Source: Clostridia bacterium | GTDB taxonomy: Bacteria > Bacillota > Clostridia > UBA1381 | Length of the DNA stretch: 64,000 nucleotides | Assembly: GCA_022768695.1 (NCBI GenBank) | Contig: JALEPO010000135.1 | Span: forward strand, 879-64,878 | Direction: 5' to 3' | Part shown: positions 1 through 8,790 of the stretch, piece by piece | How positions within the stretch are numbered: position 1 is the first letter of the stretch | How the letters are laid out: each line of letters starts with the position of its first letter | Made by a program: the position numbers and the translations under genes | Notes under the pieces: generated by a model | What the model was told of the DNA's origin: nothing | What the model saw: only the letters and a program-made list of their open reading frames with translations | The model's database searches: none

Positions 1-944
1 TCGTACTGCATAAAATCAACGCTTATTCCTTCAATTCCGTCCTCAAGCGCTTCGCCGCCGTAAATTCCGGATATGGCTCTATCGCCCATACCTGTGCGGA
101 TTTCTGTTCTTTTGCCCTGATATGTGCCGATTACCTCTATTATTGAATTTTTAATGTTGTTTTTGTTGATAACATTATATGAATCAGCCTTAAAATCAAT
201 AAGATTTATTACAGGAAAATCATATCCGGCTGCTCTTTCGGCATCCTCAAGCATTGCGAAGCTTTCTATAGGATTTGGAATGCTTGTGTTGTTCTCTTTT
301 TTTGCTTCAAAATCGCAGTTTTTGAGATACCGTTCAATAATTGCGGAGGTTTCGCCGCGTGTGACGTTGTTTTTGGGATTTAGCATTTGCTTGTCGTCAC
401 CCATGATGATTTGATTTTTAACCGCCCATTTTAATGCATCTGCGGCATATGGTGATGACAGGTTACTGTCGCTGAACTGTGTAAGCTCGGACAGCTCTCC
501 CGGTTCGTGGCTCAGTGTATATGCCTTGTAAACCATGGAGATTATTTCTTCTCTTTCTAATGATTTGTCAGGGTCGGTGTCATTATCGGTTATGATATTT
601 TCCGTAACCAATGCTCTGGCAGCCCAGTTCATTGCCGGCTCATACCATTTTGATGTAGGCGACGGAGTCATTAATGGTGAATTTTCGCTTTCGCAGTACA
701 GTCTGTAAAGAATCGTGGCGAGCTCAGCTCTTGAAATGTTTGATTCCGGATGAAACAGCGAATCCTCAAAGCCTTTAAGCAGGCCTTGCGAATATACATA
801 TGATACGGAGTCCTCATACCACTTACCATATGTATCCGAAAAAGGATTTCCTGCCGGTTCGGTATCGGCAAATGAAGCAGTCGCTGATGATACTGTGATT
901 GACAGTGCTGCGGCAATAGTTAGAATTCTTGCTTTGGTTTTCAT
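1..944 (-). CDS. SLH-domain cell-surface protein, N-terminal ~314 codons (3' end runs off the window start)
   Basis: Absent from the ORF track because it is open at the window edge. My own reverse-strand translation starts at ATG (rc of 942-944), preceded by GAGGTG (rc of 951-956). It reads MKTKARILTIAAALSITVSSATASFADTEPAGNPFSDTYGKWYEDSVSYVYSQGLLKGFEDSLFHPESNISRAELATILYRL... with no stop down to position 1. It has a signal peptide plus three SLH-like repeats. Confidence 0.75.
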   Translation of the reverse strand, partial: MKTKARILTIAAALSITVSSATASFADTEPAGNPFSDTYGKWYEDSVSYVYSQGLLKGFEDSLFHPESNISRAELATILYRLYCESENSPLMTPSPTSKWYEPAMNWAARALVTENIITDNDTDPDKSLEREEIISMVYKAYTLSHEPGELSELTQFSDSNLSSPYAADALKWAVKNQIIMGDDKQMLNPKNNVTRGETSAIIERYLKNCDFEAKKENNTSIPNPIESFAMLEDAERAAGYDFPVINLIDFKADSYNVINKNNIKNSIIEVIGTYQGKRTEIRTGMGDRAISGIYGGEALEDGIEGISVDFMQY

Positions 945-1105
945 TTTTATCACCTCGTATAAAATTTTTTCTATTAAAATTATAACCTAAAAGATATTAT
1001 AATGCAAGATTTTTTATATAGCAATAAATAAAGCCCGCATAACATTTGCTCTTGTAATTTATCTGTGAATATGATATAATCAAGGCAATAATATTTACGA
1101 TTGGA

Positions 1106-1759
1106 GTGAGTACGGTGTACACGGTAGATTTGCATAATCATACTGTTTTCAGCTATGACGGCACAAATACGCCGGAGGAAATAATTGAAAACGCTATTGC
1201 TCATAGTATTGACGTTATCGGAATTACCGATCATCAGTTTTCCATTGGGGAAAAGCTCACTGAATATTTTGAATACATACAGCATTGTAAAATCAAATAT
1301 CGTGATAAAATAAAGGTTCTTTGCGGTCTTGAAATTGGTACTCGTCCAAAGCCGTCCGATTTGCTTGCAAGCGGTACGGAACAGTTTGACTATGTTTTGT
1401 TTGAGAGTCTTGACGATTTAAGAGCAATGGACTTTTTTGAGTTTTTGGAGTGGCGTAAGCTTTTTAAGTGTAAAGCCGGACTGGCACATACGGATATTTT
1501 TGCTTTGTCTGAAAGGTATGGACTTGATTTGCTTAAAGAGATGAGAAAAAACGATATTTTTTGGGAATTGAATATATCCGGAAATTACAATTATTATTAT
1601 GACTTTCTGACTAATGCAAAAAAGCAGTATATGGTAAGAAACAGCGGAATTAAAGTGAGTATAGGCTCGGATACTCATTGGGTTGAGGAATACAGATTCA
1701 GACAGCTTCGGCGCGCGAATGAGCTTATGCAAAAACTCGGAAATCCGCTTCCTGTATGA
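1106..1759 (+). CDS. PHP-domain metal-dependent phosphoesterase (histidinol-phosphatase-like)
   Basis: N-terminal VDLHNHTVFSYDG...IGITDH motif typical of the PHP fold. GTG start after GGAGTG. Confidence 0.7.
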   Translation: MSTVYTVDLHNHTVFSYDGTNTPEEIIENAIAHSIDVIGITDHQFSIGEKLTEYFEYIQHCKIKYRDKIKVLCGLEIGTRPKPSDLLASGTEQFDYVLFESLDDLRAMDFFEFLEWRKLFKCKAGLAHTDIFALSERYGLDLLKEMRKNDIFWELNISGNYNYYYDFLTNAKKQYMVRNSGIKVSIGSDTHWVEEYRFRQLRRANELMQKLGNPLPV

Positions 1760-1821
1760 TAGGGGAAAGTTGGTATTTAAAAAAGCTATACCGTTAAATC
1801 AATAATTTGTACCATAAAAGA

Positions 1822-1861
1822 GGGCTGATACTTTTTATTGTATCAGCCCGTTTGTTTTTTT
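1822..1861. terminator. Bidirectional rho-independent terminator between convergent genes
   Basis: GGGCTGATAC (1822-1831) pairs with GTATCAGCCC (1840-1849). It is followed by a T-run on the + strand and a T-rich tract on the - strand. Confidence 0.7.
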
Positions 1862-1870
1862 ATTCTACTG

Positions 1871-2563
1871 TTAAATACCGTAAGGGTCATTTGACGCCAT
1901 TGAAAGAACTATATTAAGATTACCGTTTCTGCATCTTAACTCATCTATAAACTGCTTTTCGTCCGCATCCTTTTTCATTTTTACAAAATATACAAGCTCG
2001 TAGAGCGAACCCAAATCGGTAGTTCTTACCTTTTGCAGGTAGTAGGTTGATGTGTATTTATCAAGAATATCATTAAACACACCCTGATAATCAAGATTTT
2101 CGGGAATTGTAATTTTTAAATGCTTGGAATGTGCCTTTGGCTTTGCATAATTTGTCTTGCTCAAAGCTATAAGGAAAACACAAAGAACCACTACAAATGC
2201 CGCGCCGTATATATACAGTCCCACACCGCAGGCAAGACCTGCCGCAATATCAAAGAATATATATCCTATATCAACGGGATCTCCGGGCGCTGAACGGAAT
2301 CTGATAATGGAAAGTGTTCCGGCAAGAGAAAATGCTCTTGCAACGTTGCTGCCCACAAACAGAATAATTACAGAAAGAATTATCGGGAGCATAGTAAGAG
2401 TTACCGCCATACTCTGTTGATATGTTTCCTTATGAGTAAACATATATGTAAGACTTATTACCAGTCCGAAAATCAACGCTGAAATCATAGCAATCGCCGC
2501 GCTTGATACAGTAAGATTGCCTGTAATATTCTCTGATACCGTATTAAGTATATTGTCTGTCAT
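1871..2563 (-). CDS. DUF4956-family membrane protein (partner of VTC-domain proteins)
   Basis: Multi-TM N-terminal half with IIRFRSAPGDPVDIGYIFFDIAAGLACGVG, which I recognise as DUF4956-like. It lies directly downstream of the VTC-domain gene. Confidence 0.65.
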   Translation of the reverse strand: MTDNILNTVSENITGNLTVSSAAIAMISALIFGLVISLTYMFTHKETYQQSMAVTLTMLPIILSVIILFVGSNVARAFSLAGTLSIIRFRSAPGDPVDIGYIFFDIAAGLACGVGLYIYGAAFVVVLCVFLIALSKTNYAKPKAHSKHLKITIPENLDYQGVFNDILDKYTSTYYLQKVRTTDLGSLYELVYFVKMKKDADEKQFIDELRCRNGNLNIVLSMASNDPYGI

Positions 2564-2600
2564 TGTTTATATTCATCGCCTTTCTGCACGCGCATTAGCT

Positions 2601-3368
2601 CTATACTGCCTGCCGTGACTTGAATTTATATACATTTTCTTTTTTTGTTAATGTCTTTTCTTTTTTTAGTGTACGTTCAAATTCTGTTCCGTATTTTGAA
2701 AAACTACTGTGATAAACCTGAAGCTCTGTAAGCATATCGCATAGCCACATCGGCATTGCGCGGCTTGTTTTAATTTCCATAAGCCACACATCATCGGGGA
2801 GAAGTCTTTCGCCGTAATCCCCGGCTTCAAGACTTAAATCATATCTTCTTGTTCGGATATTTGTATCAAATGAAATTCTCAAATCATCATTATCCTTTTC
2901 AAAATATGCAATTCTGTCATATGCTATGTAGACCTTTGGTTCAAGACTGTAATTATTAAGGAAATAATCCAGTTCATTAAGCACCTGCTCATTCATATAA
3001 TTCTGAAGCTCCGGCTTTTTAGAGGTTGCAAGAAAATCGTATGCTTCATCCAGGCGCAGAACAGTTCTTCTTTTATTAACAAGCCCGTTAAATTTCTTTT
3101 TAATCTCAAGATATACCCTTGTATCAATATCCGGAACTCCGTATGCGCGAAGTCTGAGTTTTTCCTTATATACCGGCTTTGACAAGGATTCTCTTATAAG
3201 ACTGTTGTCGGGAGTGTCATAATAAATATTTGAAATTGTATAATATTGATGATTGGTGCAATACCCATCAAGAATCATATGCTCATCCATAACCTTGCAT
3301 ATTTTCTCAAAGGTTTTTGTATCCAGCATATATTTATTTTCAAAACGATTAAAAACCTCAATCGCCAT
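2601..3368 (-). CDS. VTC-domain (CYTH-like, polyphosphate-polymerase-domain) protein
   Basis: FNRFENKYML..., LRLRAY, YLEIKKK...KRR and WLMEIK strand motifs fit the triphosphate-tunnel/VTC fold. Start trimmed to the second ATG (rc of 3366-3368), which has AAAGGAGAA 7 nt upstream. The track ORF extends to 3389. Confidence 0.7.
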   Translation of the reverse strand: MAIEVFNRFENKYMLDTKTFEKICKVMDEHMILDGYCTNHQYYTISNIYYDTPDNSLIRESLSKPVYKEKLRLRAYGVPDIDTRVYLEIKKKFNGLVNKRRTVLRLDEAYDFLATSKKPELQNYMNEQVLNELDYFLNNYSLEPKVYIAYDRIAYFEKDNDDLRISFDTNIRTRRYDLSLEAGDYGERLLPDDVWLMEIKTSRAMPMWLCDMLTELQVYHSSFSKYGTEFERTLKKEKTLTKKENVYKFKSRQAV

Positions 3369-3531
3369 TATTGTTTCTCCTTTCGACATTTTTATTTACC
3401 ATTCCTTTAATACTATTCGGAAAGCTCTAATTGAAAATGGAAGTATTTAAAAAATTTTTAAAAACTTTCGATTACAGTTATTATCCTAACAGCATTTCCT
3501 TAAATAAACCTTAAAAGTAAAATTCTTTTTA

Positions 3532-5058
3532 TTAATTTTTTTTCAGTTTTTCTTTTATCATATTAAATAAATGTCTGCGGGTTTTATTATTCAGAACAAA
3601 CATTACATTAAATATAAATCCTAAAATTGCAGTTATACCTATGTTTAGTATTAAATACTTCCATGAAACCCACGGCATAATTTTTTTCATTATCATTGAA
3701 ATAACACTTATTGCTATAACAGATATAATTGATTTTAACACGTCGGGGAAGAACGTAAACCGATTGCATTTAAGATACATTGCCCCGTAAGGTACGGTAT
3801 ACAGCAAATCTCTCATGATAGTCATTACAGAGCTAACGCTTGCAACCGCGAAAAGTCCCAGATGCGTTGTTTTTAAAAGTATGTATACTATTGCCACATT
3901 CAGCAGTCCCGTGATGCAGACAAGAATAGAATGTACTTTTATTCTGTTTATAATTGTAAATACATTATGAATAATTGACACCTGTCCTATAATTGCCCAC
4001 GGCATAATGGTAAGCACTGATAATATCTGAAGATACAGCGCATTCTGACTTGGAACCCATAAATAGAATATTGCGCTTCCAAAGCCGATTAATATTCCTA
4101 TGGGAATATTAATAATAAGTCCTATTATACTCATGGAATATTTTATTTCTTTAATAAGCTCGGGTATCTTATTTTCCGCGTACAATTTTGTAAGATTAGG
4201 CAAAAATGTGCCTATCATTGTATTTAAAATATTGCTTATCATATTTGGAATTGTTTTTGCGATAGCCAATATTCCCATTTCGCCGGCGCTGAGGAAAAGA
4301 TTTGACATTAAAAGGTCAAGTCCCTCAGAGAGAATTGTTCCCAGTCTTGTAATGCTTGTCCATATTCCGGAGGTAATAAGTGTTTTTACCTTGGCATAGC
4401 TGAATTTACTGAACTGAATTTTTAAATCCGGAATAAGCTTATTTTTAAAATAAATATTGCACAACTGTGTAAAAAGCGTTACAATAAGCATAACAACGGC
4501 AGTGTATGCGACGTACGGCTTAAAGCTGCTGAATAAAAACAGCAGCAGCAGCGCACGGAGTATATATCCCGCAATGCTTATAAGAGAAGAAATATACAGC
4601 TTATTCTTTATGTAATAGGAAACGCTGAGATTTGTCGTTAATACTCCTACAATAAAGTTTATGCAGGTAAAACCCAGCAGAAACTGAACGTCAAGCACAA
4701 GATTTGGGCTTATGTTTACAAGCTTATGCAAATTAAGCACAACAATTAAAAATATTGGTGTAAAAAATGCGCTTAATATTAAATTTGAAAAGAATGTCGA
4801 ACTGAAATAACCGCTCGCTTCCTTGGACTCTCCTCTGAAATACGACACGGAAATAAAACGGCTCGACATACAGTTAAGGGCAACCGTAATAACTGAGAAA
4901 TATGACAAAAAGGTGTTTGAAACCTGAATAAAGCCATATGCTTCCGCACCCACATTCTGAACTATATACCGCGACAGAAAGAAATTTATTCCCGCCGATA
5001 TAAAGAAAGATACAAAGCTTGCTATTATATTAATGAATAACTGTTTATCCTTGCTCAT
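3532..5058 (-). CDS. Oligosaccharide/polysaccharide flippase (MOP superfamily, Wzx-like)
   Basis: 508 aa with about 12-14 predicted TM helices and the typical Wzx/MOP hydrophobic pattern. Confidence 0.65.
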   Translation of the reverse strand: MSKDKQLFINIIASFVSFFISAGINFFLSRYIVQNVGAEAYGFIQVSNTFLSYFSVITVALNCMSSRFISVSYFRGESKEASGYFSSTFFSNLILSAFFTPIFLIVVLNLHKLVNISPNLVLDVQFLLGFTCINFIVGVLTTNLSVSYYIKNKLYISSLISIAGYILRALLLLFLFSSFKPYVAYTAVVMLIVTLFTQLCNIYFKNKLIPDLKIQFSKFSYAKVKTLITSGIWTSITRLGTILSEGLDLLMSNLFLSAGEMGILAIAKTIPNMISNILNTMIGTFLPNLTKLYAENKIPELIKEIKYSMSIIGLIINIPIGILIGFGSAIFYLWVPSQNALYLQILSVLTIMPWAIIGQVSIIHNVFTIINRIKVHSILVCITGLLNVAIVYILLKTTHLGLFAVASVSSVMTIMRDLLYTVPYGAMYLKCNRFTFFPDVLKSIISVIAISVISMIMKKIMPWVSWKYLILNIGITAILGFIFNVMFVLNNKTRRHLFNMIKEKLKKN

Positions 5059-5228
5059 ATTATGCTCCTGCTAAAAAATGTTATTTTAGGTTATATATAT
5101 TCATTATATAACAAAATGTGAATAATTGCAACAGCCGGCATATTTTTTTGAGCTTTATTTTTAAGCTGAATTTAAGATTTCTATGATATGATCATAACAA
5201 ATCCTACAAGGAAAGGAATAAAAAAACA

Positions 5229-5903
5229 ATGCGAATACTTGTTGTTGAAGATGAAGTGCATCTTGCAGAAGCGTTATCACATATACTGAAAAAAAATAAC
5301 TATACAGTGGATGTTTCAAACGACGGCGAAAGCGGACTGGATAATGCGTTAAGCGATATTTATGATGTTATAGTTCTTGATATAATGCTTCCAAAGATTG
5401 ATGGTATCACTATTCTCAAAACTATACGCAGAGAGGGGCTTGATGTTCCGGTAATACTGCTTACAGCAAAAGGTGAGATTGCAGACAAGGTACATGGTCT
5501 TGACTGCGGTGCTGATGATTATCTTGCAAAGCCCTTCAGCACGGAGGAGCTTCTGGCGCGTATACGGGCGTTGGGCAGACGCCGCGGAGAAATATCCGAA
5601 AGCAGCAGCACTCTCAAATTCGGGGATATAACACTTAATATGTCCTCGCTCACGCTTTCCGGAAATACAAATGAAATTAATCTGACCTTAAAGGAATATG
5701 AATTGCTTGAATATCTTATTCTTCATAAAAACATTGTCGCTTCAAAAGAGCAGATTATAGAAAAATTATGGGGCTTTGACAGTGAAGCTGAATCTAATCA
5801 TGTGGAGGTTTATATTTCGTTTCTGCGTAAAAAGCTGAAGTTTGTTCATTCGTCGGTAACAATAAATACAGTGCGCGGAGTGGGATATATCTTAAAGGAG
5901 TAG
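5229..5903 (+). CDS. OmpR-family response regulator
   Basis: REC domain (MRILVVEDE...DVIVLDIMLPKIDG...LTAK) plus a winged-helix C-terminus (LTLKEYELLEYL...VRGVGY). Confidence 0.9.
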   Translation: MRILVVEDEVHLAEALSHILKKNNYTVDVSNDGESGLDNALSDIYDVIVLDIMLPKIDGITILKTIRREGLDVPVILLTAKGEIADKVHGLDCGADDYLAKPFSTEELLARIRALGRRRGEISESSSTLKFGDITLNMSSLTLSGNTNEINLTLKEYELLEYLILHKNIVASKEQIIEKLWGFDSEAESNHVEVYISFLRKKLKFVHSSVTINTVRGVGYILKE

Positions 5904-5906
5904 CAT

Positions 5907-7190
5907 ATGTTTAAGAAGCTTAAAAATAAATTACTTATAGTGAATATAATTATGATTGCGGCGCTGATACTGGGCAGCTTTTCGGTTATTTACATAACAA
6001 CAGCTCACAATGTGCAGCGCGATATTACAATAAGACTGGACCGCATACTTGACAAAGCTGCTCCCAAAGCTGTTCCTGATTTGAAAGCTGACAGACAGCC
6101 GCGGGTAATGAAAAATTCTCCGTCAGAAAGCACACATCAAAGACCGGATAATTTTGAACCGAATATTTCATTTACAGTTACTGCTGACAAGGACGGAAAT
6201 ATAACAGACATAGACTTATCTTTCTCTTTGTCCGACAATTTTTACGAGGAGCAAATATCATCCATTATAAGCGGCGAATCGGATACGGGTACTATAAAAG
6301 ACTCAGACAGATATTGGAAATACAAGCGTATAGAACTGCCTGAAAAATATATTGTTGCGTTTACTGATACCTCTGTGGAGCATAATATACTTTTTCACCT
6401 TATATTAATACTTTTCTTTGTCGGCTTAACAGCGCTTACAATTGTATTTTTAATCAGTCTTTACAACGCAAACCGCTCAATAAAACCAATTGAGGAATCG
6501 TATAATAAGCAGAAGCAGTTTGTGGCTGACGCATCGCACGAGCTTAGAACACCACTCACTACAATTAATACAAATATAGATGTTCTGCTTTCGCATGGCG
6601 ACAGCACCATTGACGATGAAAAAAAATGGCTTTTTTATATAAAAAGCGAAGCGGAGCGGATGACAAAGCTTACAAATGATTTGCTGTATCTTGCAAGACT
6701 GGATTACGATGATAATAATATTGTGTTTGACAAGATATCCTTCTCTGACGTGATTGAGAATGTAATTCTTACAATGGAAGCGGTTGTTTTTGAGAAAAAC
6801 ATAAAGCTTTATTACGATATTACGCCGGATATTTATGTGTATTCATCACCTGAACAGCTTAAGCAGCTTGTTATGATATTGCTTGACAATGCAATAAAAT
6901 ACACACCTCAGGACGGTGATATTATTATAAAGCTCGTACATGAAGCAAGAGCACCGTATACTGTGCTTACTGTCAGAAATACCGGCCAGGGTATTGAAGA
7001 GAAGGATATTAAGCAGATTTTTGAGCGGTTCTACCGTTCCGATAAATCCCGCTCGCGTAACAGCGGCGGATACGGTTTGGGACTTGCAATCGCAAAGGCG
7101 ATTGCCGAAGCCTCAAAGGGAACCATATCCGCTGAATCAAAAAAAGATGAATACACGTTGTTTACAGTTAAATTTCCTGCCGCAAAATGA
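5907..7190 (+). CDS. Sensor histidine kinase (HisKA + HATPase_c, two TM segments)
   Basis: H-box FVADASHELRTPLT, N-box LDNAIKYT and G-boxes RNTGQGI / GGYGLGLAI. Lies 3 nt downstream of the response regulator. Confidence 0.9.
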   Translation: MFKKLKNKLLIVNIIMIAALILGSFSVIYITTAHNVQRDITIRLDRILDKAAPKAVPDLKADRQPRVMKNSPSESTHQRPDNFEPNISFTVTADKDGNITDIDLSFSLSDNFYEEQISSIISGESDTGTIKDSDRYWKYKRIELPEKYIVAFTDTSVEHNILFHLILILFFVGLTALTIVFLISLYNANRSIKPIEESYNKQKQFVADASHELRTPLTTINTNIDVLLSHGDSTIDDEKKWLFYIKSEAERMTKLTNDLLYLARLDYDDNNIVFDKISFSDVIENVILTMEAVVFEKNIKLYYDITPDIYVYSSPEQLKQLVMILLDNAIKYTPQDGDIIIKLVHEARAPYTVLTVRNTGQGIEEKDIKQIFERFYRSDKSRSRNSGGYGLGLAIAKAIAEASKGTISAESKKDEYTLFTVKFPAAK

Positions 7191-7191
7191 G

Positions 7192-7470
7192 TTATTCCGA
7201 CCGTTTCAGTGCGTCGAAAAACATTTCATAAAAATCGTCCCATTCATCGGGCGCCTCGACTCCTCCGCCGTTGACGCTTCTGAGCATTGCCTCGCAGAAG
7301 GACTGACCCATTGTCAGAAGCTCGTAAACGGTTATATTATATCCCAGCTCCTGACACTTATCGCAAAAGGCACGCACCGGATCATCCGCTGTGCGTGTTT
7401 TTAGAAGCGATGATTTAAGCTCCGGATCTTTTATTGCGCGTTCCTGTAATTTCATTAATTCTTCTTCCAT
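7192..7470 (-). CDS. Nif11-like domain small protein (leader-peptide-like architecture)
   Basis: Start trimmed to ATG (rc of 7468-7470) behind GGAGG. MEEELMKLQERAIKDPELKSSLLK...ELGYNITVYELL resembles the Nif11 N-terminal domain and is followed by NGGG and a 22-aa tail. Confidence 0.5.
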   Translation of the reverse strand: MEEELMKLQERAIKDPELKSSLLKTRTADDPVRAFCDKCQELGYNITVYELLTMGQSFCEAMLRSVNGGGVEAPDEWDDFYEMFFDALKRSE

Positions 7471-7572
7471 AATACTGCCTCCGAGGTATTGCCGCAGCTG
7501 CGGCTTAATATATTTATTATAACATATATAATTGCCGTTCACAAGAAAAATATAGGAAATTCCGCAATTTGC

Positions 7573-7601
7573 TTGACAAATCATACCTTGTTTAGTATAA
7601 T
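7573..7601 (+). promoter_or_regulatory. Sigma-A type promoter (TTGACA-17-TATAAT)
   Basis: TTGACA at 7573-7578, a 17-nt spacer, and TATAAT at 7596-7601. Confidence 0.6.
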
Positions 7602-7655
7602 ATATAAAAAGTTTTCAGAGAACCTTTGCCGGAGGGCATTGGAGAAAGCTTTTTG

Positions 7656-7719
7656 GATAACAGAATACTGTTATCACAGCAGAGTTGAGATGAGAGCGGA
7701 TTAGAACAGATGAGTATAG
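7656..7719 (+). promoter_or_regulatory. Leader RNA: 5' stem-loop plus NAG triplet array on a 5-nt register (TRAP-like binding site candidate)
   Basis: Perfect 8-bp hairpin GATAACAG/CTGTTATC (7656-7675). It is followed by CAG, GAG, GAG, GAG, (CGG), TAG, CAG, GAG, TAG starting at 7677, 7682, 7687, 7692, (7697), 7702, 7707, 7712, 7717. Confidence 0.45.
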
Positions 7720-7733
7720 CTATTGACGTATAC

Positions 7734-7764
7734 CCTTTGGACTATTCTGTTCAAAGGTTTTTTT
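7734..7764 (+). terminator. Leader attenuator terminator with competing antiterminator
   Basis: CCTTTG (7734-7739) pairs with CAAAGG (7752-7757) and is followed by T7 (7758-7764). The alternative pairing GAACAGA (7704-7710) / TCTGTTC (7746-7752) excludes it. Confidence 0.5.
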
Positions 7765-7782
7765 ATGAAAGGGGCAATAAAT

Positions 7783-8790
7783 ATGAAATCACTAAGAAAA
7801 GTAATGGCAATGGGAATGGCGGCTGTTTTATGCGCGGCAACAATGACAGGCTGCGAATATGCAGTTAATACTTCAAACAGCGAAGGAGGAAAAACATATA
7901 AGATAGGCGTTTTGCAGTATGCGGACCATCCATCGCTTGACAACTGCCGCGAGGGCTTCAAGCAGGGACTTGAAGAAGAAGGTATCAATTATGAGTTCAC
8001 AGCGCAGAGCGCGAAGGGCGATGACGCAACCAACACACAGATTGCACAGCAATTTGTCGCTCAGGGTGTTGACCTTGTATGCGGTATCGCAACACCGTCG
8101 GCGCAGGCTTGCTATAACGCGGCATATGAAGTAAAAATTCCTGTAATTTTTAACGCTGTTTCAGACCCTGTAGCCGCAAAGCTTGCAACAAGCGAAACAG
8201 AGGCTATGGAAGGCATTACAGGCGTAAGTGATATGCTTCCTGTTGACGAGCAGCTAAAGCTTATTCGTGAAATGCTTCCGGATGCAAAGAAGATTGGTAT
8301 TCTTTACACAACAAGCGAGGCAAACTCCGTTTCGACAATCGAAAGCTATAAGGAAAAAGTCGGCGAATACGGCTTTGAGCTTGTGGAAAAGGGTATCACA
8401 AACGCCGCAGAAATTCCTCAGGCTGTAGATTTGCTTGTAAGTGAGGTTGACTGTATCTCAAACATGACAGACAACACAGTTGTTGCAAACCTTCCTGTAC
8501 TTATCGAAAAAGCGACTGCAAAAAATATTCCTGTATTCGGCAGCGAGGAAGAACAGGTTGGAAACGGCTGTATCGCTTCAGCCGGTATAGACTATATTGA
8601 GCTTGGCAAAAAGGCAGGCGTTATGGCTGCAAGAGTGCTAAAAGGCGAGGACATTACAACAATTCCTTATGAAACTATGACAGAGAGCAAGATTACAATT
8701 AACACAGACGCAGCAGAAAAAATAGGAGTAACAATACCACAGTCAATCACAGATAGAGCTGAGGTCAAAAATGCTCCTTCTGAGCAGTGA
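7783..8790 (+). CDS. ABC transporter substrate-binding lipoprotein (ABC_sub_bind / TrpX-type family)
   Basis: Start trimmed to ATG 7783 behind GAAAGGGG. Lipobox MTGC, and IGVLQYADHPSLD typical of the COG2984-type binding proteins. Confidence 0.8.
   Translation: MKSLRKVMAMGMAAVLCAATMTGCEYAVNTSNSEGGKTYKIGVLQYADHPSLDNCREGFKQGLEEEGINYEFTAQSAKGDDATNTQIAQQFVAQGVDLVCGIATPSAQACYNAAYEVKIPVIFNAVSDPVAAKLATSETEAMEGITGVSDMLPVDEQLKLIREMLPDAKKIGILYTTSEANSVSTIESYKEKVGEYGFELVEKGITNAAEIPQAVDLLVSEVDCISNMTDNTVVANLPVLIEKATAKNIPVFGSEEEQVGNGCIASAGIDYIELGKKAGVMAARVLKGEDITTIPYETMTESKITINTDAAEKIGVTIPQSITDRAEVKNAPSEQ

Noticed and set aside
7471-7584. N-terminal extensions of track ORFs. Affected ORFs are 7192-7584, 7723-, 13750-, 3389, 41746, 45445-, 48473-, 50151-, 54706, 57148-, 59664 and 63501.
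   Set aside because: In each case an internal start with a proper Shine-Dalgarno sequence matches the family-typical N-terminus. The extension would also run through a predicted promoter, leader or terminator, so the starts were trimmed.
7602-7782. A T-box riboswitch in the leader of the TrpXYZ-type transporter. An AGAGA-like element is present at 7617-7621.
   Set aside because: The leader is too short. It has no conserved T-box sequence (..GGTGGTACCGCG..), no recognisable Stem I or specifier loop, and no K-turn. The triplet array explanation fits better.
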